A stretch of DNA of 42,010 nt, taken from the IMG/VR virus record IMGVR_UViG_3300028800_000026, positions 1 to 42,010 of that record, one strand, 5' to 3'. This document shows positions 1 to 7,347 of the stretch, in pieces. This DNA comes from a virus. Below the pieces are notes generated by a model. It saw only the letters and a list, made by a program, of their open reading frames with translations, did not search any database and had not been told where the DNA came from. Numbering within the stretch: position 1 is the stretch's first letter; every line of letters begins with the position of its first letter. The translations under genes were made by a program, and so were the position numbers.

Positions 1-127
1 GGATGAGCAGAGTGGGGTATTGAAAAGCGGTGGCGGTGATAAAGGAAATAAAACGCAAAACGGCGGATATGGCAAAGGATATGGATATATAAAACGAGAT
101 AGCCAAGGGTCTACGGGGGGAGCCTCC
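1..127. repeat. Terminal direct repeat, identical to 41884-42010 (contig self-overlap; circular or terminally redundant genome of 41,883 bp)
   Basis: Base-by-base comparison of 1-127 with 41884-42010 shows no mismatch. An ORF continues in frame across the junction. Confidence 0.97.
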
Positions 128-442
128 TGTTTCTTCTACTGCGCTAAAGCATCATCTCGAGAAAGAAATGAGGGGCTTCCCGAAGGTAAAAGGTCTACCC
201 ATCCCACAGTTAAGCCCATCAAACTCATGGAATACCTCATCAAGCTCGTTATGCCCCCAAAAGACGGCCTCCTCCTAGACCCCTTCGCAGGATCGGGAAC
301 CACAATTATAGCAGCCAAACGCCTTGGATTTAATGCAATTGGTATCGAGAAAGAACCACAATATTGCGAAATAGCTCGTTCTAGAATAATTAAACATTCA
401 GACACAGACGATCAAATGGAGCTTTTAAATGAAGATAAATAG
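1..442 (+). CDS. DNA methyltransferase, C-terminal part (continues from 41267-42010 across the contig junction; beta-class N6-adenine/N4-cytosine type)
   Basis: The track ORF 20-442 is in the same frame (41883 is divisible by 3) as the open frame that runs off the right end. It contains HPTVKP...LLLDPFAGSGTT (AdoMet motif I, FxGxG), which lies C-terminal to the DPPY motif in the other part. Confidence 0.85.
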   Translation, partial: DEQSGVLKSGGGDKGNKTQNGGYGKGYGYIKRDSQGSTGGASCFFYCAKASSRERNEGLPEGKRSTHPTVKPIKLMEYLIKLVMPPKDGLLLDPFAGSGTTIIAAKRLGFNAIGIEKEPQYCEIARSRIIKHSDTDDQMELLNEDK

Positions 443-944
443 ATTAGAGACACACGACAGATGGCAACATTTTAACAAAACACAATCGGTAGATTTAACA
501 ACCTGTTGCCAATCTATTATAGATAAAAGGCCATTCGGAGACCGTCCCTTTTATATATTCGCCCACAAGAGAGAAATAGGATACGACGAGAAATTTTCTC
601 TCTTTTTAACCGGAAAATTCAATCACATGGCCGAAGTTCCAACACATCGTATGATTTGGCAGCCCCGCCTAACCAAACCTAAGGCCCAAACTAACTCCAT
701 GCTCTTTAAGGCATATCCAGGAACTGATATGATTAAGATCATTTGGATTATCCCCGAGCGTGAGTTGTGGGATCAGTACCAAAAGGGGAAGATGACACAG
801 AGCCAGATTGTGGTGGAGAGCATCGATAAGTTTCAGAATGATAGAGGGGCTCTAGAAGCACCGGAGGAAGACGATGCAAGGGAAGAAGAAGGAATTAAAA
901 TATATGAAAGCATCAGCAGAGAAGCGCGGTCTAAAGCGGTCTAA
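429..944 (+). CDS. hypothetical protein (171 aa)
   Basis: Long ORF with an ATG start overlapping the methyltransferase stop. No motif recognised. Confidence 0.6.
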   Translation: MKINRLETHDRWQHFNKTQSVDLTTCCQSIIDKRPFGDRPFYIFAHKREIGYDEKFSLFLTGKFNHMAEVPTHRMIWQPRLTKPKAQTNSMLFKAYPGTDMIKIIWIIPERELWDQYQKGKMTQSQIVVESIDKFQNDRGALEAPEEDDAREEEGIKIYESISREARSKAV

Positions 945-1098
945 ATGCGCGAAGTGTTCCGACCCAGCCAAACTCCGAATTGACGACTCGGTTTATGGAT
1001 GGCCAGAAAAGATATACCTATGTGATATCTGTTTCGAGGTTCAGAAATTAATAGCAAAAGACAGAAAAAGGATAAGTTATGAGAATGGAAGAGTATAA
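874..1098 (+). CDS. small zinc-ribbon-like protein (CxxC...CxxC)
   Basis: GGAGGA lies 5 nt upstream of ATG 874. Contains KCAKCSD...LCDICF cysteine pairs. Overlaps the preceding ORF by 71 nt, so the start is uncertain. Confidence 0.45.
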   Translation: MQGKKKELKYMKASAEKRGLKRSKCAKCSDPAKLRIDDSVYGWPEKIYLCDICFEVQKLIAKDRKRISYENGRV

Positions 1099-1357
1099 AA
1101 TTGAAGAGCTTATAGACATTTTCTCGGACCACATGGTGCGAGCAAAAAAACAGTCAGATGATTTTATAGAAAAATTTCGTGAAAACAATCCAAACGATCC
1201 TATTCCTGAAATTTATGCAGAAGATTTTAACTTCCCCGGGGCACTAAGGTCTATTTGTTCCGAGATATTAAGGCTTAAGAGTGAGATACACTGTATTAAG
1301 CCAACGCCTTCGGAGGCATTCTCATCGATTTCTGAGGAATCGGAGAGTCGCTCATAG
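1079..1357 (+). CDS. hypothetical protein (92 aa)
   Basis: ORF with AGGA 6 nt upstream of the ATG. Confidence 0.5.
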   Translation: MRMEEYKIEELIDIFSDHMVRAKKQSDDFIEKFRENNPNDPIPEIYAEDFNFPGALRSICSEILRLKSEIHCIKPTPSEAFSSISEESESRS

Positions 1358-1742
1358 AAGAACGGAGCTTCCCGATCGGAGCTTTGAATCCGGTCCCGTA
1401 ATAATCTCCTCCGGGCCACATCTGATGCTTGGCTTCAAAAGAAGGTTGAGGTTGAAATGGATTACGGCCAGAACTTCCGCCCTTAGAACTAAGTTTCGGC
1501 TGAGTGGGGTTGTTAAAAATTCCGCGTTTTTCCATAAGTTCCTCGATTTATACCAATTTATACCCATGTATAGTGGCGTATACTATAGTTGCACACGTCT
1601 AAGATAAGGAGTTCAGTCCCTTATCGCTCCGGGCTGTCGAAAGCCCCGCTACCCCTGCGAGCCATGTATAAAAGAGGGCAAGCCTCCCTTACGAATCAAA
1701 CCTTTAAGGAGGCATGGCAATTCGCGAAGGCTGCCCCAAAAA

Positions 1743-1964
1743 TTAATACCTGTAACCAGGCTTCATCTTTTGTTTTTTACCCTCAGCATCCCCTTTCATT
1801 TGGTCGCTGTGGATTCTCTCGCTCGTGTCAGGATAGTCCTCACCAACGTGGGCAAATCCTTCCGCACTTTTGAAAGATTTCATTTTATTTCCCTCAGGAA
1901 GCGGATACTCTTTTCCCGACTTTCCCGCGAACGATGCATGATCGTCAATACGTCTGCCAGCCAT
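1743..1964 (-). CDS. hypothetical small protein (73 aa)
   Basis: ORF only. It lies in a region where both strands carry overlapping ORFs. Confidence 0.3.
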   Translation of the reverse strand: MAGRRIDDHASFAGKSGKEYPLPEGNKMKSFKSAEGFAHVGEDYPDTSERIHSDQMKGDAEGKKQKMKPGYRY

Positions 1965-2027
1965 CTTAATTCCTCTAATTGCTGTTTATCTTTTAATTAA
2001 CAAGTAGAGTTATTTATGGCAACAAAC

Positions 2028-2267
2028 TTAAACGGTATTTGTTTCACCGCCAGGAATTGGAATCGGACGCTCAATATGGATATCGATAATAGGCCCGGGC
2101 CACCCCAACACCATTTCTCTGTAAAGAGGGGTAGGATGCTTAGAATCATAAGAATACGCGGCCATCCCCAAAGCGACAGTGAAGCAAGATACTGCGAGAA
2201 GAAAAACCCAATAATTGAAACCGAAGGGGATGCTTTTATCGAAAAATTCTTTGACAGAAGACTTCAT
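2028..2267 (-). CDS. small membrane protein (one predicted TM segment)
   Basis: Hydrophobic stretch FNYWVFLLAVSCFTVALGMAAY. Lies downstream of the portal on the same strand. Confidence 0.5.
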   Translation of the reverse strand: MKSSVKEFFDKSIPFGFNYWVFLLAVSCFTVALGMAAYSYDSKHPTPLYREMVLGWPGPIIDIHIERPIPIPGGETNTV

Positions 2268-2279
2268 TTGTTACCTCAG

Positions 2280-2402
2280 CTAAAAGATTTCAAGAGGATT
2301 TTCCACGAGGAAAAGTCCATCATCTAACCACACCATGACAAGAGTGGTAAGGAAAACTATAGCAAAGATCATTAAAAATGTGTGAATTATTTTTACGCGC
2401 AT
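2280..2402 (-). CDS. 40-aa membrane peptide (MRVKIIHTFLMIFAIVFLTTLVMVWLDDGLFLVENPLEIF)
   Basis: Hand-translated; below the track length cutoff. Its ATG overlaps the portal TGA (ATGA at 2400-2404). Confidence 0.4.
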   Translation of the reverse strand: MRVKIIHTFLMIFAIVFLTTLVMVWLDDGLFLVENPLEIF

Positions 2403-4516
2403 CATTGTTGCATCGGTGACGATTGTTGTTGCGTTCCACCTAATTGCCCCATCATCTGACGAACAAAATCATTGCTCAAAGCGGTTCGCTTAGCATCTTC
2501 TTTCTCTCTATCCTCCCCCGCTTCCTGGCTGGCATTCAATCCTTCGACCTCTCCAAGAGCATTCTGAGCCTGTCTATCTCCGACTAGCCCAATAGTCTCA
2601 ACCAGTGTCTTAAGAGCTTCCATTTTAGCCTTTGTAGCCATTGCGCGATTTTGCGTAATCTCGCTAAGGCGCTCTTCAAATAATCCGATATCGGCTTCTG
2701 TTCTTCCATGACGCTCCCTTGCCATAGCCACTTGATTGGCGGCTTTTGCGTAAAGTTCTTTAAGTTTGGCCTCCTCAAACGCGTGCTGAATGGTCGTCGC
2801 CTGCTCTTGAACGGCTGCTTGTTGCTGTTCTTGCTGTTGCAGAGCTTCCATAAGCTTATTCTTTCCCTGAAGAGTGGCCACAGAGGCAATGTAAGAGGCA
2901 GGGATGATGCCGCCTAGCATCTGATTGAGTTCTAGAGTTTGCTGGAATTCCTGTTGTCTCTGGATGGCGGTGTTAAGACCTTCCGCAATCACCACCTGGT
3001 ATCGGCTAAAGATCTTCGAGTAAAAATATGGAGAAGGTTCTTCACCGAGGTATAGACCTACCTTAGCTGCATTCCAGTTATTTTGAACAATGCTCAAGAG
3101 CCGCTCGCCTAAAAGTTTCAACGAAAAGTCCCACTGATCGAAGTACTTTTGGAGCACCATCAGATTGGCCGCCTGTTTCAATAAAACCGTCAAGGAAGAG
3201 GTCTGTTTGTCGTCCTGGCCAGACCAATTCTCAATATCGACCCCTGAAGTAGAAAATATTAATGCCTGCAGTTGGTTCGCGAGTTCCATATCAGATTGAG
3301 GAACAGCCGAAGGAAGGATTTTTTCGCAGTCGGCAAGTTCATATCCCTCGTTAATAATAATATCCCAACCTTGTCCACTTTTCTTAAGGTTATCTTCATT
3401 CGCAACCGCGCCAACCTTTCTCTTCCAACCAGCATTGATAGTAGCTTCCGATATATCATGATTAATTATTATCCTTCTATTAAGCAAGAATTGTGGATCT
3501 CTCATTGTTTTAACTAATGATCTAATTCTTAAATCATAGTAATTAATGTGCGGCTCGTAGTTCCAGTACACCGGGACCATTGGGCACTCGTCGAATCCCA
3601 GCGGATTGTCCCCTTGAAACATGAGCTGATCGTTGAGAACGACAGCCAGCTTCCACGTCGGAACCTCTACCTCTACCTCTTCCATATCTGGAATCTGATA
3701 GAGCATCGCGTCTAGAGTTTCTTGTCCTCCAGCGAAGTCAAAGAATTGGTTTCTGGATCGGCTGTACAATCTCTTTTTCTTACGCTTCCACCTGTACCAC
3801 ACATAAGACAAAACCATAAGGTCATTGCGGGCCATGTTGTAGTTTTCCGGTAAGAAGTAAAAACTACCATATCTTTGGGGTGTTCCTGACATCGGCGCGA
3901 TGTTCTGTAACTTGTCAGGGAATCGATTTTCAGCCTCTTTTTTTGAAATATATTCTTGACACCAGATGAATTGGGCATCTGCAAACCCCGGATCTCTGGC
4001 ATACGGATCAACCAGAAACGCGTTATACTCCCAAATCTTCGCCTTTAATTCCCCCTGAGCCGGATCATTCCCCACAAAGTCAAGGTAGGGCTGCACCAAT
4101 ACAAGCCCAGAGATGGCGGCAAGCTCACACGCTTTAGAAAATTGCTCGTTGATCCCTCCCACATTACAGGCATGGTCGATAATCCTTGTGTATTGATCGG
4201 TTGTCTGTCCATCTCCCCCCTCGGACGCTATATAGTTGATTGACTTTCTGTGCTGCCTTTGGTACCCTGTTACCATGTTTATTGGTTGTTGCAGCAAGTT
4301 GAAATAAAAGTTCTGGTAACTGAAGCTGGGTGTAAAATTAAAGTATCTATTAATAAATGTTTGAGAGCCCGCGTAAAATAAAGTATCTATATTACTTTGG
4401 TTCCAGCGAGCTTGCTCGATAGGCTGAAATTTGCTGTAAAGGTTGTCTAACCAAGCCCTTACGTTTCCTTGATTCGGTTCGAGTGCGTTATTCCAGGGGG
4501 GGTAATAAAAGCTAAT
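2402..4516 (-). CDS. portal protein (proposed non-canonical ATT start at 4516; first canonical start is TTG at 4297)
   Basis: The track gives 631 aa from TTG 4297. The same frame stays open 73 more codons, up to TAG 4526-4528, and reads as plausible protein (ISFYYPPWNNALEPNQGNVRAWLDNLYSKFQPIEQARWNQSNIDTLFYAGSQTF...). ATT lies 4 nt after GAGGTG. The size, the Q/A/E-rich coiled-coil C-terminus and the terminase-side location fit a portal. The family was not verified. Confidence 0.7.
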   Translation of the reverse strand: MSFYYPPWNNALEPNQGNVRAWLDNLYSKFQPIEQARWNQSNIDTLFYAGSQTFINRYFNFTPSFSYQNFYFNLLQQPINMVTGYQRQHRKSINYIASEGGDGQTTDQYTRIIDHACNVGGINEQFSKACELAAISGLVLVQPYLDFVGNDPAQGELKAKIWEYNAFLVDPYARDPGFADAQFIWCQEYISKKEAENRFPDKLQNIAPMSGTPQRYGSFYFLPENYNMARNDLMVLSYVWYRWKRKKKRLYSRSRNQFFDFAGGQETLDAMLYQIPDMEEVEVEVPTWKLAVVLNDQLMFQGDNPLGFDECPMVPVYWNYEPHINYYDLRIRSLVKTMRDPQFLLNRRIIINHDISEATINAGWKRKVGAVANEDNLKKSGQGWDIIINEGYELADCEKILPSAVPQSDMELANQLQALIFSTSGVDIENWSGQDDKQTSSLTVLLKQAANLMVLQKYFDQWDFSLKLLGERLLSIVQNNWNAAKVGLYLGEEPSPYFYSKIFSRYQVVIAEGLNTAIQRQQEFQQTLELNQMLGGIIPASYIASVATLQGKNKLMEALQQQEQQQAAVQEQATTIQHAFEEAKLKELYAKAANQVAMARERHGRTEADIGLFEERLSEITQNRAMATKAKMEALKTLVETIGLVGDRQAQNALGEVEGLNASQEAGEDREKEDAKRTALSNDFVRQMMGQLGGTQQQSSPMQQ

Positions 4517-4570
4517 GTTACACCTCTATGACTATAGAAGTGCCAATAACAAAGTGAGGAATTACTTTAA

Positions 4571-4840
4571 ATGACCATAAACAACAAAGAAGCAATCGAC
4601 AAGCTAGAATCCTACTACGCTGAGCAAGATCCGAGAACAGTTGCTAGGGCGCTCGCGGCGCTAATGCTGGATATTCACCGGATTGTAACCGTGGATCGTC
4701 TTCCCGAGGGAGAGGCAATCAATCTTAAAAATAGAATGGTGCTAAACTCCCAAGCTTTCGTGGATTTTATTAAAAATGGGTCAAAAGGAGAAAAGTTCAA
4801 AATAATTAATATCCCTAGTGGAGAAGGAGGGAGCGAGTGA
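4571..4840 (+). CDS. hypothetical protein (89 aa), paralog of 5507-5686
   Basis: GTGAGGA Shine-Dalgarno before the ATG. KLESYYAEQDPRTVARALAALMLDI aligns with RLESLEHLCAEQPPEMVAKLVFEIIDQ in the other ORF. Confidence 0.65.
   Translation: MTINNKEAIDKLESYYAEQDPRTVARALAALMLDIHRIVTVDRLPEGEAINLKNRMVLNSQAFVDFIKNGSKGEKFKIINIPSGEGGSE
4808..4840 (+). repeat. gene-junction cassette copy 1 (AATATCCCTAG...GCGAGTGA)
   Basis: Shares AATATCCCTAG, a purine-rich core and the GCGAGTGA end with 5052-5086. In both copies the GTG inside GAGTGA is the next gene's start. Confidence 0.7.
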
Positions 4841-5028
4841 CGCCGGTAAAAAAAATATGGTCGGCTTTAGTGGTATTGTCAATAGCCTATGCATTCTCCT
4901 ATGTGTTTATCGCGGTTTACTTTGAAGAGTGCAGATCGTATCTCAGAATTGGGTGGGCGGTTTCCCTTGGAATTCTTTTGATCCAGCTAAAAATCTTTGG
5001 AAAGGTACAAAATCTTTGGAAAAAATAG
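4837..5028 (+). CDS. small membrane protein (63 aa, two hydrophobic segments), GTG start
   Basis: GTGA start/stop overlap with the upstream gene. Contains hydrophobic stretches. Confidence 0.55.
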   Translation: MTPVKKIWSALVVLSIAYAFSYVFIAVYFEECRSYLRIGWAVSLGILLIQLKIFGKVQNLWKK

Positions 5029-5051
5029 AGCTGGTTCCGGTGAAACTGTTT

Positions 5052-5086
5052 AATATCCCTAGCGTACTGAGGAAGGGCGCGAGTGA
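5052..5086 (+). repeat. gene-junction cassette copy 2
   Basis: See 4808-4840. Here the upstream 'gene' is only a 17-codon remnant (VKLFNIPSVLRKGASE) resembling the C-terminus ...KFKIINIPSGEGGSE of 4571-4840. Confidence 0.7.
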
Positions 5087-5310
5087 GTAAAAGAAAACCA
5101 AAGAGATCTGACCAAAAAAACACTGAATACGCCTATCAGATTCTGATAAAAGCGATGCAAGAACACCCCGAGATAGAACAAACGTTATGGGCCGGTGCCT
5201 GTTGGACGGCCCTGGTTAACGGATATCTAAACTCAGGCGTTTCGTTTGAGGAGTTCGACGTCGATTGGAGGTGTGCTTATGACCATTATAGAAAGTGGTG
5301 GGATAAATGA
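5083..5310 (+). CDS. hypothetical protein (75 aa), GTG start
   Basis: ORF following junction cassette copy 2. Confidence 0.55.
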   Translation: MSKRKPKRSDQKNTEYAYQILIKAMQEHPEIEQTLWAGACWTALVNGYLNSGVSFEEFDVDWRCAYDHYRKWWDK

Positions 5311-5501
5311 GACTCTACATAATCCAAACAATTGAAATAGACGAAAAGGGTGGAATTGTGGGTATTACGTGGCACAAGCATCTTCATCTGTTCAAAGAGG
5401 ACGCTTTTAGGGACGCTATAAAAATGGGAAAGAGCGCCGTGGTGATAGAAATGAAGGAACAGGAAACTTGGAACTTAAGTCAGATCGAGAAAAGCAAGTG
5501 A
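5307..5501 (+). CDS. hypothetical protein (64 aa)
   Basis: ATGA overlap with the upstream gene. Confidence 0.55.
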   Translation: MRLYIIQTIEIDEKGGIVGITWHKHLHLFKEDAFRDAIKMGKSAVVIEMKEQETWNLSQIEKSK

Positions 5502-5506
5502 AGAAA

Positions 5507-5686
5507 ATGCGCCTCGAGTCTCTTGAACATTTATGCGCTGAGCAGCCCCCGGAGATGGTCGCAAAGCTGGTATTTGAAATCATCGACCAAAGCATAAAAG
5601 AACTCCGCTTAGTGGGAGTAAAAATAGGAAAAGCTCCAGGTATAATAATATTAAATGGAATTGAATATCCTAGGGAACTCAAATGA
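5507..5686 (+). CDS. hypothetical protein (59 aa), paralog of 4571-4840
   Basis: ATG 5507 lies 5 nt after the previous stop. Paralogy as noted above. The C-terminus again runs through an AATATCC-TAG-like junction. Confidence 0.55.
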   Translation: MRLESLEHLCAEQPPEMVAKLVFEIIDQSIKELRLVGVKIGKAPGIIILNGIEYPRELK

Positions 5687-6357
5687 TCATTGATTGCATC
5701 TCGGACCTACACGGATATTACCCCAAGCTCGAAGGAGGGGACCTTCTGATTATTGGGGGCGACCTGACCGCTGGAGATGAGCCGCACGAATATAGAGAAT
5801 TTACGGATTGGCTCTGTAATTACGGTCACGGTGGCGATTACGATCAAGTGGTCATCATTGGAGGAAATCACGATAATAAAATATCAACGATCCTCCATTG
5901 TTGGGGAAGATTAGATGGCGTACATTATCTCTGCGACGCCCGAACCGAATTCGAAGGTCTGAAAATATGGGGATCTCCGTGGACTAAAACCTTTCCTGGA
6001 ATGAATCCGCATTGCAAAGCATTCACGGTCGATACAGACGAAGAGCTGGCCGAAAAGTGGTCGTTAATTCCCCATGATACGGATATTTTGGTAACTCATT
6101 CACCTCCGTACGATTTTGGGGATCATATAAAAACTGAATGGAATGACTATTTTGCAGTAGGGAGCGAAAGTTTATATTTCAAGGTTACCGAAATATGTCC
6201 GAAGCTGCACGTGTTCGGGCATATACACGAAGGACACGGCCTAGAGAAGAGAGACTATTTTCCTCGGGTGACAACCCAAACCGTTTTATATGTCAACGCC
6301 TCTCACGTAAACGAATATTATAAACCGGTTAACAAACCAATTAGGGTAATTTTATGA
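5683..6357 (+). CDS. calcineurin-like metallophosphoesterase
   Basis: Ordered motifs DLHG, GGDL, GGNHD, VTHSPP and GHIHEGHG. Confidence 0.85.
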   Translation: MIIDCISDLHGYYPKLEGGDLLIIGGDLTAGDEPHEYREFTDWLCNYGHGGDYDQVVIIGGNHDNKISTILHCWGRLDGVHYLCDARTEFEGLKIWGSPWTKTFPGMNPHCKAFTVDTDEELAEKWSLIPHDTDILVTHSPPYDFGDHIKTEWNDYFAVGSESLYFKVTEICPKLHVFGHIHEGHGLEKRDYFPRVTTQTVLYVNASHVNEYYKPVNKPIRVIL

Positions 6358-6842
6358 ACCAAAACATGCAGATAATAGAAGACGAAATCTCTAAACTTCA
6401 AAGACTTTTTCATAAAGATCCAAAAACACTCTCGGATGACGAAAAAGCCGGAATTTCTCTTATCACGCCCATCTCACGCACCTCTCTAAAATATTATTCC
6501 CCCTTGGGACGGCCCATAGATTTTGGAATAGGAATCACTGTTAGAGAATTGTGCTCTCCGCACGTGAAGGGAACTACAATCGGCGACTTCTACATAAGCA
6601 CAGTGTGGATTGGGCATGACATGTCCATGAGAAAGTATTTTCTAAAAGAAGGGGAAAAGATAACGCCAATCATCTTCGAGACCATGATATTTAAAGATAG
6701 AGAAACCGAGAAAGACGAAAGCGGCCTCGATGGGTACCAAGCTCGATACACAACCATAGAAGAGGCGGAAGAAGGGCACGAAAAAGCTGTTCAATGCGTA
6801 AAGAGTTGGGTCGAGAAGGGAATAGTATACGAGGAGCCCTAA
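6354..6842 (+). CDS. conserved phage protein of unknown function
   Basis: The C-terminal pattern STVWIGHD...PIIFETMIF...RYTTIEEAEEGHEKAV resembles a domain I have seen in many phage genomes. The family name is not recalled. Confidence 0.6.
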   Translation: MNQNMQIIEDEISKLQRLFHKDPKTLSDDEKAGISLITPISRTSLKYYSPLGRPIDFGIGITVRELCSPHVKGTTIGDFYISTVWIGHDMSMRKYFLKEGEKITPIIFETMIFKDRETEKDESGLDGYQARYTTIEEAEEGHEKAVQCVKSWVEKGIVYEEP

Positions 6843-7105
6843 ACCTCATCTTCCTCAGAATCCGTGTACTTTAGAGAATCCAACACATCGTTTATCACGT
6901 CGCACAAAACCTGGGGTTCCCAGCCACAGAACGCCTTTGAGAAGGAAATCGCATGAAAGAACATGGTGGCCGCGAAAACGTCAGGATGAACCCCTGGAAA
7001 TTTATTCATCCATTCTTCGCAAAGCTCCTTGAATCGCTCGTCAATCTCCTCTATCTCCAGCTGGTCATCGGGGGACATGTCCTCAAACGCGTCTGATGGT
7101 TTCAT
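6839..7105 (-). CDS. small acidic protein, paralog of 7102-7326
   Basis: Start chosen at ATG 7105 (ATGA overlap with the upstream stop). Shares the pattern M-x-PDD...EE-D-E/R-F...W with its neighbour. Confidence 0.55.
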   Translation of the reverse strand: MKPSDAFEDMSPDDQLEIEEIDERFKELCEEWMNKFPGVHPDVFAATMFFHAISFSKAFCGWEPQVLCDVINDVLDSLKYTDSEEDEV

Positions 7106-7326
7106 TTTACCCTTCCCTTTTTTACATCGATAATCATATGAATGCCCCGCAGGAGGTCTTCCTCCTCGATAAGCTCGAGGCACGCGAGAAGAGGGTTTCG
7201 CATGAGCGCCCATGTCACAATCGAAGGGGGCATCTTTCTCTTCGCACATTTTTTGACCCAGCGCCGGACGATCGCTGCAAATTCTTCATCTAACATCTTA
7301 GCATCTTCCCAGTCATCAGGAGTCAT
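7102..7326 (-). CDS. small acidic protein, paralog of 6839-7105
   Basis: ORF immediately downstream of the terminase large subunit. Confidence 0.55.
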   Translation of the reverse strand: MTPDDWEDAKMLDEEFAAIVRRWVKKCAKRKMPPSIVTWALMRNPLLACLELIEEEDLLRGIHMIIDVKKGRVK

Positions 7327-7347
7327 CGTGAGGGCCCTCTTCTTTTC

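Noticed and set aside
1595-1665. tRNA-like stem-loops (GATAAGG...CCTTATC, GGGCT...AGCCC).
   Set aside because: I could not assemble a cloverleaf. There is no T-loop consensus, acceptor stem or anticodon arm geometry.
2016-2327. 103-aa plus-strand ORF, along with the overlapping plus ORFs 1589-1873 and 1770-2000.
   Set aside because: No RBS or motifs were found. The 2016-2327 ORF is antisense to a small membrane-protein ORF that continues the portal operon with start/stop coupling. Still, confidence in either strand is low in this region.
4517-4570. Possible TAG read-through or stop-codon reassignment to extend the portal ORF further upstream.
   Set aside because: Two TAGs and a TAA lie within 14 codons, the sequence is not protein-like, TAG is used as an ordinary stop elsewhere (for example at 440-442 and 35064-35066), and the divergent gene starts at 4571.
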